From a virus (taxonomy: Duplodnaviria > Caudoviricetes): a stretch of 62,515 nucleotides of DNA. Under the pieces are notes generated by a model. The model worked only from the letters and a program-made list of their open reading frames with translations, ran no database searches and was not told the DNA's origin. Shown in pieces: positions 43,438 through 54,100 of this stretch; within the stretch, counting starts at the first letter, position 1; every line of letters starts with the position of its first letter. Both the position numbers and the translations under genes were made by a program. The stretch is from IMG/VR virus record IMGVR_UViG_3300028586_000413, positions 1 to 62,515 of that record; one strand, given 5' to 3'.

Positions 43438-44892
43438 ATGGCGATGCGCTATCAGCCCCAGGGCATCTGGCGGCTGGCGCAGGCCTATCGTCCGCTGATC
43501 GCCGGCGGCTGGCTGGCCCAGGCCGGATCTGGTTATGCCAGCCTGGGCCCGGCCGGCCTGACGCCAACAGCTCGCTTCAGCATTATTTCCGGCGTGGCGG
43601 TGACGCCGTTCGGCTACGCGCTGCGGTCCAATTCTGCGGCTGACTCGCTGGGCAACGGCAGCGTCATTGCCAGCCTGACGATCGGCGCCGTACCGGCGCG
43701 CCGCAACTTCACCTTCGCGGGCATCTTCCTGGTGCGCGGATCGGAAGGGGCGGGCGTGGGCGCCCGGTCGTCGTCGACCGATATTTACTTCCGCCGCGAG
43801 AGCGGCAACTACAGCGTCAGCGTCAACAGCGTGAAGACCGTCGGACCGGCAATGCCACTCGACACCCCGCTGCACTACGTCCTGACGTCGAACTCCGACG
43901 GCATCTTCGTCAGCGTGAACGGCGTCGAGGTCATCGCAGCCGCGCGCGCGACCGCTACCACCACCACCGGCTCGCCGGTCGAAGTCTACGAGGACACGCT
44001 GCGCGGCGGCGCGATGGACCTGGATGCGGGCCTGTGCGTGCTGCTCAATACCGGGGTCAGCCGCGAGACGGCGCGGGCCCTGTCGAACAACCTCTGGCAG
44101 ATGTTTGCGGAGCCGGACGACGAAGACGACTTCGTGCCGGCCGCCGTCAGCCGCGTGCTGCGAGTCGCTCCCGCGCAGTTGGCGCTCGGCTCTGGCCAGG
44201 TCGGCATGAGGGTGTCGCGCCGCGTGCGCGTGCAATCCTCGGCGTCGGCTGTCGCCGGCGGCCAGGTGGCCATGTGCGCGGCGCGGCGCCTGGTCGTGCA
44301 ATCAGCAGTCCTCACTGTCGGCGCCGGGCCCGCTCGGATGCTTGCCGCGCGCCGTCTCGGTGTGCAGCCGGCGGCGCTGGTTCTGGGCGGGCAGGGCCTG
44401 GCGCTTCGCGCTGGCCGGCGTCTGCCGGTTGCGCCGGCGCCGCTGGTGCTGACCGGTGGCCAGGTCGTGATGCAGTACGCACCTGCGCTGAAGCCTGGCG
44501 AATACACGCTGACGGTCGATGCCGCAGCGATGCAACTGGGCGCCGGTCAGGTCGGGATGCGCGTCACGCGCCGCATATCCGTTGCGCCGGCCCAGCTGGA
44601 GATCGCTGCTGGCGCCGCGCGCGCCTTGGTTGGTCGTCGTCTTGCTGTCTCGCCCGCGCCGCTGGTGCTGGCGGCAGGGCAGACCGGCATCCGCGCCGCA
44701 CGCCGGGTGCACGTGCAACCCGCGCGCCTGGTTGCGGCCGGCGGCACTGTGCAGCTGCGCTACAGCTCCCAGATCGAATATGCCCGCGCGCCGGCCGGCG
44801 CCGGTTATGCGCCGCAGCGCGTGGCGGTCACCGCGCGGCCGCAACAAACAGGTGGCCACCGGCCGCCAGCAATACAGGAAACCATCCGATGA
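43438..44892 (+). CDS. Putative fibre protein: beta-rich domain plus ~20-aa tandem repeats
   Basis: Repeated RRL.V.PA.L.L..GQ units. Confidence 0.6.
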   Translation: MAMRYQPQGIWRLAQAYRPLIAGGWLAQAGSGYASLGPAGLTPTARFSIISGVAVTPFGYALRSNSAADSLGNGSVIASLTIGAVPARRNFTFAGIFLVRGSEGAGVGARSSSTDIYFRRESGNYSVSVNSVKTVGPAMPLDTPLHYVLTSNSDGIFVSVNGVEVIAAARATATTTTGSPVEVYEDTLRGGAMDLDAGLCVLLNTGVSRETARALSNNLWQMFAEPDDEDDFVPAAVSRVLRVAPAQLALGSGQVGMRVSRRVRVQSSASAVAGGQVAMCAARRLVVQSAVLTVGAGPARMLAARRLGVQPAALVLGGQGLALRAGRRLPVAPAPLVLTGGQVVMQYAPALKPGEYTLTVDAAAMQLGAGQVGMRVTRRISVAPAQLEIAAGAARALVGRRLAVSPAPLVLAAGQTGIRAARRVHVQPARLVAAGGTVQLRYSSQIEYARAPAGAGYAPQRVAVTARPQQTGGHRPPAIQETIR

Positions 44893-45449
44893 GCTGGAAA
44901 CTGATCACGCCGCCCACCGGGCTGGCCGTGTCGATGACCGAGGCGCGCACCGCCGCGCGGGTGGACGTCGACGAAGACGGCACCTCGCCGCTGGACGGCG
45001 AGATCCAGCGCGCGATCCGCACCTACACCACCGAGGCGGAAGGAGAAACCAACCGCGCCATCATGGAGCAGGCTTGGCGCCTGACGCTGGACCGCTTCAA
45101 CGGCGCGATCGAACTTCGCCGGCCGCCGCTGCTGCAGGTGGTGCACGTGAAGTTCTACGACGCCGCCGGCGTGCAGCGGACGCTCGACCCGGAGGACTAC
45201 CAGATCGACGACCAGAGCGAGCCAGGTTTCATCGTGCCGGCGCCGGGCAAGGCCTGGCCAGCGACTGCGGCGCGCATCAACGCCATCGAGGTGCAAATCC
45301 GCTGCGGCTACGGCCCGGATCACACCTCGGTACCGGATTCGATCTCCGGCTTCATCCTGGCGCGCCTGTCCGAGCACTTCCAGTCCGGCGGCCAGGCGAA
45401 GAACGAGCACGTGAAACGGTTGCTCTGGCCAGAAGTGGTGTACGGATGA
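44889..45449 (+). CDS. Head-tail connector
   Basis: E.ETNRAIM.Q.W, GYG....VP motifs; position. Confidence 0.85.
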   Translation: MSWKLITPPTGLAVSMTEARTAARVDVDEDGTSPLDGEIQRAIRTYTTEAEGETNRAIMEQAWRLTLDRFNGAIELRRPPLLQVVHVKFYDAAGVQRTLDPEDYQIDDQSEPGFIVPAPGKAWPATAARINAIEVQIRCGYGPDHTSVPDSISGFILARLSEHFQSGGQAKNEHVKRLLWPEVVYG

Positions 45450-45748
45450 TGAACGACCGAATCACCCTGGTGCGGCCCGGGCCTGGCGCTGGCAAGCTGC
45501 GCGCGCCCGACGCCTGGGTCAAGATCGCTGAGGTCTGGGCGAAGGTGCTGTTCCCATCTGGGATCGAGGTGGTGCGCGCCGGCGCAGAGGTCTCGATCGT
45601 CAAGTGCTCGATCAAGATCCGCGCACGCCGCGATATCGACACCGGCTGCCGCGTGCTGTTTAAGGGCAAGGCGTACGACATCAAGTCGGCGCTGCCGGAC
45701 ACGAAGGATAGCCAGTTCATGTTCCTGGTGTGCGAGGGGGTGTCGTGA
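45446..45748 (+). CDS. Head closure / head-tail adaptor
   Basis: RITL...VWA.V...IR...RV...G..YDI motif. Confidence 0.85.
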   Translation: MMNDRITLVRPGPGAGKLRAPDAWVKIAEVWAKVLFPSGIEVVRAGAEVSIVKCSIKIRARRDIDTGCRVLFKGKAYDIKSALPDTKDSQFMFLVCEGVS

Positions 45749-46257
45749 TCGAGTTCGATACCTCGGCATTCGAGGCCGCAATGACGGCAACGAAAAACAC
45801 CATAACGGAGGCGCTGGGTGAATCCACGCTCCGCACGGTGGGCTTTGCTGGTGCCGAGATCTTCCGGGATCAGGCGAAGCAAAACTCACTCAAGCACTAC
45901 AAGACCGGCATGTTGTTCGACAACATCATCGTCAAGCGCCTCGAGGAAGACTCCGACGGCGGCCGACGGCAGGCCTACACGATCACCGTCCGGAACGGCA
46001 CGGCGAGCAGTCCGGGCGCGTTCTACTGGCGGTTCGTTGAGTTCGGCCACAAGTTCGTCCCGCGAAATAAAAAGGTGAGCAAGACCGGCCGCACGGTCGG
46101 CTGGAAGGCGCACCGGAAGGTCGCCGAGTTGGAGTACGGCACAGCCACTGCGCCAGCGTACCCGTTCATGCGGCCGGCCTACGAAAGCAAGAAGCAGGAG
46201 GCCGTTGACGTTATGACGCGCACCCTCGCTGAGCAGATTGCAAGGAACGCGAAATGA
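45745..46257 (+). CDS. HK97 gp10-like tail component
   Basis: YWRFVEFG and PFMRPAY motifs. Confidence 0.88.
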   Translation: MIEFDTSAFEAAMTATKNTITEALGESTLRTVGFAGAEIFRDQAKQNSLKHYKTGMLFDNIIVKRLEEDSDGGRRQAYTITVRNGTASSPGAFYWRFVEFGHKFVPRNKKVSKTGRTVGWKAHRKVAELEYGTATAPAYPFMRPAYESKKQEAVDVMTRTLAEQIARNAK

Positions 46258-46604
46258 CCCCCGAAGACCATATCGACGCCGTGCTGCAGCACCTGGCCGG
46301 CGGCCGTGTCTTTCCAGACTTGGCGCCACCAGGCACTGGGCGGCCGTTCATCACCTACCAGCTGGTTGGCGGCACTCCCGATGAATACCTGAGCGGAGAT
46401 CGTGCTGAAAAGCGGTATCGCCGGTTTCAAGTCAACGTCTGGGCCGCTCGCCGTGCAGAAGCATCCGATCTCGGAATGCTCGCCGAAGATGCGCTGCGCT
46501 CCGCGACATACCTGCAGGTTGAGGTGCTGACGGAGCGTGCTGCTACCTACGATGAAGATACCGACCTCCGCGGGTTCATGCAGGACTTCAACTTGTACTG
46601 CTGA
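46254..46604 (+). CDS. Tail terminator (DUF3168-like)
   Basis: RVFPD.AP...PFITYQ...QVNVWA motif. Confidence 0.85.
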   Translation: MTPEDHIDAVLQHLAGGRVFPDLAPPGTGRPFITYQLVGGTPDEYLSGDRAEKRYRRFQVNVWAARRAEASDLGMLAEDALRSATYLQVEVLTERAATYDEDTDLRGFMQDFNLYC

Positions 46605-46720
46605 CCCAGTAACGCCTCCTTCCCAAGCTGCCCCGAGAAATCCGGGCGGCTTTTTTTATGCCCGCGAGGGCGCGCAATGGCCCGGATTCCGGGCTTTTTT
46701 ACTTTTGAAAGGCCCTCACC

Positions 46721-47371
46721 ATGGCTGTATCCGTCCCCAATAACAGCACCTTCTCGGTCGCTAAAACCTATGCCGCGGCGATCGCGGTCTCCGCCGCCAG
46801 TAACGCGACCGAATGCGTGCTGACCACCGCTGCGAATACCCTCGCGGTAGGCGACATCGTCGAATTCACCAGCGGTGGCTGGGTGAAGGCGAATCTGCGC
46901 ATGTTCCGCGTGAAGGCTGCCGCCTCGACCAGCGTCACCCTGGAAGGCTTCGACACCACCTCGACCAAGGCTTTCCCAGCCGGTAACGGTGCAGGCTCGC
47001 TGCGTAAGGTGATGGACTGGACCGTCTTGCCGTTCATGAAGGAATTCACCGTGTCCGGCGGCGACCCCAAGTACAACACCGAAGAATTCCTGGACGTCGA
47101 AGACGAAATCCAGATGTTCAACGGCTTTTCGGCCTCCTCGATCGCGATGAGCATCGCCGACGATCCGGCCCTGCCGCACAACGCCGTGCTCCAGGCCGCG
47201 ACCGACTCGCAGGCAGTTACCGCTATCCGTGTGGTGCTGCCGTCGGGCGCGCCGCTGCTCTACAACGGCGTGCTGGGCTTCAACCCGAGCCCGTCGCTGG
47301 TCAAAGGCCAGGGCATGGTCGTTAAGTGCGGCGTCGCCCTGCGCAGCCGCGTCAACCGCTACGCCGCGTAA
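46721..47371 (+). CDS. Major tail tube protein
   Basis: SNA, GD.VE..SGGW, LEG.DT....FPAG.G.GS motifs; position. Confidence 0.85.
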   Translation: MAVSVPNNSTFSVAKTYAAAIAVSAASNATECVLTTAANTLAVGDIVEFTSGGWVKANLRMFRVKAAASTSVTLEGFDTTSTKAFPAGNGAGSLRKVMDWTVLPFMKEFTVSGGDPKYNTEEFLDVEDEIQMFNGFSASSIAMSIADDPALPHNAVLQAATDSQAVTAIRVVLPSGAPLLYNGVLGFNPSPSLVKGQGMVVKCGVALRSRVNRYAA

Positions 47372-47475
47372 CCGTGTTGCCAGCCAGCGCCGAACGGTCG
47401 GCGCTGGCCTTTCCGCCGCGGGGTCGCCCCTCGCGGTCATTTTTCTGCATTACCCCCACCTGAAAGAAAACAATC

Positions 47476-47793
47476 ATGGCAAAAGCAAAACTCTCCCTGG
47501 CCGACGAGGCAACCTTCAAGGCGAAAGTCGAGATCCCGGTCCCGGGCGGCAAGATCGCCGAAGTGGAATGGGTGTTCGCGTGGATGGAGCGCGACAAGTT
47601 CAAGGAATTCATCAAGAACCTGGAAGGTGCCGAGGACGTCGATGCGCTGATGGACATCAGCCGCGGCTGGGATCTGGACGACCAGTTCGGCAAGGCAGCT
47701 GTTGAGAAGATGGTTCAGAAATACATCGGTGCGGCCCGCGCCGTTCTGGACAAGTTCATTGCCGAGCTGACCGGCGCACGCGCAAAAAACTAA
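47476..47793 (+). CDS. Tail assembly chaperone (G-like)
   Basis: TFKAKV.IP.PG, GWDLDD.F motifs; ends at a slippery site. Confidence 0.88.
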   Translation: MAKAKLSLADEATFKAKVEIPVPGGKIAEVEWVFAWMERDKFKEFIKNLEGAEDVDALMDISRGWDLDDQFGKAAVEKMVQKYIGAARAVLDKFIAELTGARAKN

Positions 47794-48107
47794 AGGCCGT
47801 CGCCTCGGCCCTCTACGAGCCGGAGCCTTCCGAAGCCGATCTGGCGGTGGCGGGCCTGACCCTAGAGGACTTGGCGGCGGAGCCCATCGAAATCTGGCCC
47901 GAGAACTACCGGGCCTACCGCCTGTTCCACAGTCTGCGCAGGCAGTGGCGGATCGCGCCGATGGGCGGCCCGCTCGGGCTCGACTTCGCGATCGCCTTCC
48001 ATCGAATGGATCGGATGCACCTGACCCCGGAGGAATACAACCAGCTGGACGAAGACCTGCAGGTAATGGAAGACGCAGCGCTCGAAGCGATGCGGACGAA
48101 GGAATAG
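47784..48107 (+). CDS. Chaperone -1 frameshift extension (T-like, DUF1799-like)
   Basis: A AAA AAC heptamer at 47784-47790; open -1 frame with WPEN, QWR, GLD, ME.AAL motifs. Confidence 0.85.
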   Translation, partial: KKLKAVASALYEPEPSEADLAVAGLTLEDLAAEPIEIWPENYRAYRLFHSLRRQWRIAPMGGPLGLDFAIAFHRMDRMHLTPEEYNQLDEDLQVMEDAALEAMRTKE

Positions 48108-48147
48108 ACGTTGTGCCGCCGCCGGGCGGCTTTTTTATGGGCGGCGC

Positions 48148-51100
48148 ATGAGCACGATTACCAACGAAGCAGTCATCAAGGTCAACGTCGACGCCACCGG
48201 CGTCGAGGAGGGCAACCGTCGCATCGACGCTTCTACCGCGCGCACTGGCAAGAACCTCGAAAACCTGGGTGCCACCGCGCAAAAGACCGGAAAATCGCTC
48301 GATACCCTCGGTTCAGGCCCCGGCCTGCGCAACGTGGGTGATGGTGCCGGCGCGGCTGCCGGACAGGTCGACCGGGCGACCAAGAGCATGGCCGAGTCGA
48401 TCCAGCGTGCAACTGCAACTATGAATGCAGGCGCGAAAGGCAGTGCCGCATACTACGAGGCGCTGGCCAACTCGCGCGGCCTGAATATCGCCACGTTGCG
48501 GCCATATCTGGACCAGTTGGACGCGGTCACCCGGAAAACGGCACAGGCCGCGGCAGCTCAGCGACAACTCGACGCCGGTAACAACTTCCTTGCGGGCCTG
48601 CGTTCGCAGGCCGATGGAATCGGCAAGACCGCTTCGCAATTGGCCGCCCTGCGGGCAGAAGAGCTGGGCGTGGCAGATGCAGCTCGTCCTCTGATTGAGC
48701 AGCTGCAGGCCGCGGAAGAGGCTGCGGGCAACGCTGGCTCGTCAATGAGCGGCTTTAGCGCTGTCCTGGCAAGCGTTGCATCGGGCGCAACTGTCGCCGC
48801 GATTGCACAGCTCTCCGATGAGTATGGCGCCTACGTGGGCCAGCTTAAGCTTGCGACCTCTGGCCAGAGTGAATTTGCGAACGCCCAAGCGGCCACTCGC
48901 CGGATCGCCGCTACTGCTCAGTCTGACCTATCGGCCACCGGTGCGCTCTATGCCAGCATTACCAAGGGTACGCGAGACCTCGGTATTGCGCAGAGGCAGG
49001 TGGCCGACATCACCGAAGTTGTCAGCCTGGGCCTGAAAGTATCGAACGCGAGTGCTCAAGCGTCAGCCTCGGCAATCTACCAGCTGACGCAGGCGTTCGG
49101 CATGGGGGTGCTACGAGGCGAAGAGTTCAACGCCGTGAACGAGGCATCGCCACGCCTGATGCAGGCGCTGGCCGACGGTATCGGCGTGCCGGTTGGCGCA
49201 CTTCGTGCGATGGCCGAGCAGGGCGCCCTGACCACCGAGGTCCTGGCGAGCGCGCTCCCGCGGGCGCTGGCGACGCTGCGCACCGAGGCAAAGTCGGTCG
49301 AGTCAATCGGCGGCGCCGTCACTGTGCTGAAGAATAACCTGATGGAGATGGTTGGGTCGACCGCGCAATCGAATGGCGCGGTTAGTCTGCTGTCGGCCAG
49401 CATCGGCCTGCTGGCCGATAACCTCGTGCTGGTCGGCGGAGTTGTCGCGACCGCGGCGGTGGCCAAGCTGGGCTCGATGTTTGGCTTGGCAGCGACGAAG
49501 GCCTACGAGAACGTCGCAGCGAGCCGCGCGCTGGCTGCGGCTAATCTAGCGACCGCCAACACGAACGTTGCGGCTGCGGCTGCGGCATCGGCGACGGCGA
49601 CCGCGCGCGTCAACGAGCTACGCGCCGCGGTGCTGGCGGCAGAGGGCAATGCAGCGCTCGCAATCGCGACGAATGGCCTGATCCCGGCCCAGGCCCGCGC
49701 AGCAGCTGCTGCAGCGGCGCATACCACCGCGTTGACTGCGCAGGCGGCGGCCGCTCGTGCCGCCTCCGTTTCGATCACGGCCGCGCGCGGCGCGCTGGCG
49801 CTGGTCGGCGGACCGGTTGGCGCCGTCATCACCGTGCTCGGCCTGGCCGCAACGGCTTGGGCCGTATGGGGCAACGAGGCCGAGAAGGCAAACGACAAAG
49901 CCGCCGAGTCGACCGAGGAAACGACGGCAGACATGATCGCGCGCCTTGACGAGCAGATCGCGAAGCTGCGCGAGCGCAACGCCCTCGCCGCGACCGAGCC
50001 GCGCATCAAGGAGCTGGACGGCATCAGCGAGGTCGACAAGGACGGGTTGGCGCGCGCGAAAGCGGCGCTCGATGCGAACAAATCAGCCCAGGCGGCGGCC
50101 GGCAACGACGCCCGCTCGCGCATGATGCTCCAGCTCGAGGAAGTGGAGCTGTCGGGCAAGTACGAGGCGGCGCTCGGCCGCGTGAAAGCGCTGCAGGGCG
50201 AGGTTGCTGTCGCGGCGGCGCGCACCCGCGGCGAGCGCCTGGACGATTGGTATGCGAAGAACGGGACGTCAGCCCAGCGCCTGGCCGCGGAACTCGACGA
50301 CCTGAAAAAGCAGTTTGGCACCATCCCGCCTGAGATGGAGAAGTTGGTTCGCGCAAAGTTCGCGGATCCGGCAGCCACCAAGGCGCTCGCCGACCAAGCG
50401 AAGGCGGCGAAGGAATACGCTGCCCTGATCGACCGTATCAGCGGCAAGAGCCTGGGCGTCGATGCCGACTACGTGGAGAACCTGCAAAAGCTGGCTGGCG
50501 GCTACGCCGCCGGCGAGCAGTCGATGGCGGATTACGTGGCCACCGTCGAGGCGTACATCAAGCAGCAGCCGTTCGCCAAGCAAGCCGCGGAGGAACGTCT
50601 CCGGGCGCTCAAGGAATTGAGCGACTTCCAGGATGGGTATTCCAAGGGCCTGGAGGCGACCAGCGGCGTGTACGCCAAGCGAGTGCAGGATGCTCAGGAC
50701 GAAGCCACTCGCAACGAGGAGTTGGCTCGCACCTACGGTATGACGAAATCTGCGGTCGAGGCGTTTGAACTGGCCCGGCTGGAGGAGCAACTGGCACAGC
50801 GCTTGACGCTGGGCTTGACGCTGACCGAGATCGAAACGCTGGAGAAGCTTATCGAGGCGAAGAAGCGCAATGCCGGCGCCGTCGCGCAGATGGCGGGCGT
50901 CGATGCGGCGAAGAAGGCGGCCGAAGAACTGACCGACTTCCTCGACCCGGCGCGCGCGCAATCGTTCGGTGATGCACTGCGCGAAGCGTTCGGCGGCGCC
51001 GGAGATTCGATCAGCAAGCTGACCGCCTCGCTTTCGGGCTTCTCGCAGCGACAGGCTGAAATCGACAAGAACCGCGGCAACGCGGCGCTACTTTACCTGG

Positions 51101-54100
51101 AAGGCAAAAAGACCGAAGTCGAGTACCTGGCCGATGTCGAGGCGCTGAGTAAGCGCGGTACCCAGAACCAGCTGGCCGGCTACGGCGCGATGACCGGCGC
51201 CGCTGCGGGCTTCTTCGGCGAGCAGAGTCGCGGCTACAAGGCCCTGCAGACCGCATCACAGGTATTCCACGCTGCCGAGCTGGCTATGACGCTGGCCGAG
51301 CTGGTGCCGAAGGGTATTTCGGCCGTGCTGAGCCAGGGCAGCGGCGACCCGTACACGGCATTTGGCCGCATGGCCGCCATGGCCGCGATCGTGGCCGGCC
51401 TGGGCGTTGCCATCGGCGGCGTATCGGGCGGCGGTGTGCCGCTGTCGCAACAGCGCCAGGAGGCGCAGGGCACCGGCACCGTGCTCGGCTCGGACGCGAA
51501 GTCCGAATCGATCGCGCGCTCGCTTGACGCAATCGAGGGCGCGACCCTGCAGGGCCTGGGCATCAGCAACGGCATGCTGACCTCTTTGCGCAACATCGAG
51601 GCCGGCATCGGGCAATTCGCCTCGCTGCTGGTGCGCACCACTGGCGTGACCGGGGATTTCGGCAAGGACATGGCCACGCGCGGCAGCGCGGATGAATTCG
51701 GGCGGTCGACTCTCGGCATGTTTGCGACGGGCGGCTTCTGGGGGCTTGCCATCGACAAGCTCACCGGAGGCTGGCTGGGGAAAATTACCGGCTCGGTCCT
51801 GGGGAAGATTTTCGGCGGCAAGACTACGGTTGAAGACACTGGGCTGACCATCGACCCGGCCAGCTTCGCCAGCATCATGGGTGGCGGTCTGAACGCGATG
51901 CAGTTTGCCGACATCAAGAAGGATGGCGGCTGGTTCGGGAAGGACAAGTACAGCACGAAGACCGAAGGCCTGGGCGAGGAAGGCAATCGCCAGATCGCCA
52001 GCGTCCTGATGTCGCTGTACGACACCGTGCTCGAAGCGGGCACGATGCTGGGCCTGGGCGCCGACGGCTTCGCTGCGCAGCTGAATAGCTTCGTGGTGGA
52101 TATCGGCATGGTCAGCCTGAAAGGGCTGTCCGACGACGAGATCGAGAAAGAGCTGTCGGCCGTCTTCTCGAAGGTCGGCGACGAGCTGGCCAGCTTCGGC
52201 GTCGATGGCCTTCAGCAGTTCCAGAAGGTGGGCGAGGGCTACCTCGAAACCCTCACCCGGGTGGCCACCAACTACCAGGCGGTGGCGGTGGTCACGGATT
52301 CACTGGGGATGACGTTCGGCTCGCTGGGCCTGGCGTCGGTCGGCGCGCGCGAGCGGCTGATCGACCTGGTCGGCGGCCTGGACGAATTCACCTCGAGCGC
52401 AGACCAGTTCCTGTCGGACTTCTACACCGACCAGGAGCGGGCCAACTCCCTGCGCGCGCGGATCTCGTCCACGCTGGACCAGTTCGGCATCAAAACCGGC
52501 GCCGAAGACTCGCTGCAGCAGTTCCGCAGCGTGGTCACCGGCCTGGACCTGACGACCGAGGCCGGCGCGCGCGCCTACGCAACGCTGATCCAGATCGCTC
52601 CGGCGTTCAAGCAGATCGCCGACGTCGACGCCAGCATGCTGGAGAAGCGGCGCGAGCTGGAAATCGAGGTGATGGAACTGCTGGGCGACAAGTCCGGCGC
52701 GCTGGCGGCCAGTCGCAAGGCTGAACTGGTCGCGCTCGACCCGTCGCTCCGTGCGCTGCAGCTGCGTGCCTATGCCTTGCAGGATGAGGCGGCGGCTCTC
52801 GATACCTCCAATGCATTGCTGGGCATCCAGGCTCAGATTTTCGAGCTGACGGGCGACAAGGCCGGTGCCGCCGCAGTGCTCGCGCAGCAGCATGCCAATG
52901 CACTTGCGGCGCTGGACCCGGCGCTGCGCGGGGCTACCCAGCAATTGTGGGAGCTGCAGGCAGCGGCCCAGGTGAAGGCCGATGCAGCAAGCCTGATGAG
53001 TGGTGTCGACGGCGCGTATGCGCAGCTGCAAAAAATGGTCGAGCGTCAGAAGAAGGCGCTGCAGGAAGAGATCACCGTACGCACGGAATCGATCAAGAAG
53101 ATTGAGGCGTTGTCGCAGTCGCTGCGCAGCACCCTGGACAGCATGACCGTGTCGGAGCCGTCGAAAGCCGACCGGCAGGCCGCGCAGGCCCAAATCCAGG
53201 CTGCACTAGCGATCGCGATAGCGAGCGGCAAGCTGCCGTCCGCGGACGACTTGAAGGGCGCGTTGTCGGTGCTCGGCAAGGATTCCAAGGACCTGTTCGC
53301 CACACAGCAAGATTACCTGCGCGACTTTTACGCAAGCCGTGGCGGCATCGAGGATCTGGCCAAGCTCACCGACAAGAGCTTGTCGGCCGAGGAGCGCAGC
53401 CTGAAGGCGCTCGAAGACCAGGTCAAGCAGTTCGACCTGATGCTCGAGGTGGAGCAGGAGCAGATCGACATCTTGAAGGGCCTCAACACCGTTGGCCTGT
53501 CGATCGAGCAAGCGATCCTGGCCCTGCACGCCGCCATGGGTGCAGCAGCGGCCAACCCGGTCAACTCGGCCGGGATGGCGATCAACGACGCCTACCGCGA
53601 ATCGCTGGGCCGGGTGCCGGATGCTGCGGGCCTCGACTACTGGAAGAACGTCGCGGCCGGCGGCACTTCAACCGGTGCAATCGTCGACTCGATCAAGAAC
53701 TCGCCCGAGGCGCAGCTCCAGAAACTCTACAAGGAAGTGTTCGGCCGATCGGCCGACGCGGCCGGACTGGACTACTGGCTCGGCCAGGTCAACAAGGGCG
53801 TCAGCCTGGGTGCGATCAAGGACACGTTCGAGAACAGCGACGAGAAGAAGCTTCGCGGCTTCGCTGTCGGCACGAACTACATCCCGGTCGACATGCCTGC
53901 AATGGTCCACCAGGGCGAACGCATCATCCCAGCGGCTGACAACCGCGAGCTGATGCGCCGCCTGGCCAGCCCAGAGCGAAACAACGAAGTGCTGACGGCG
54001 GCGGTGGAGCGCCTGACGCGCGAGGTCGAAGGCCTGCGCGCCGAGACGCGCGCCGTGGCGACGCACACCGAGAAATCGGGGCGCCTGCTGGGGCGGGTCA

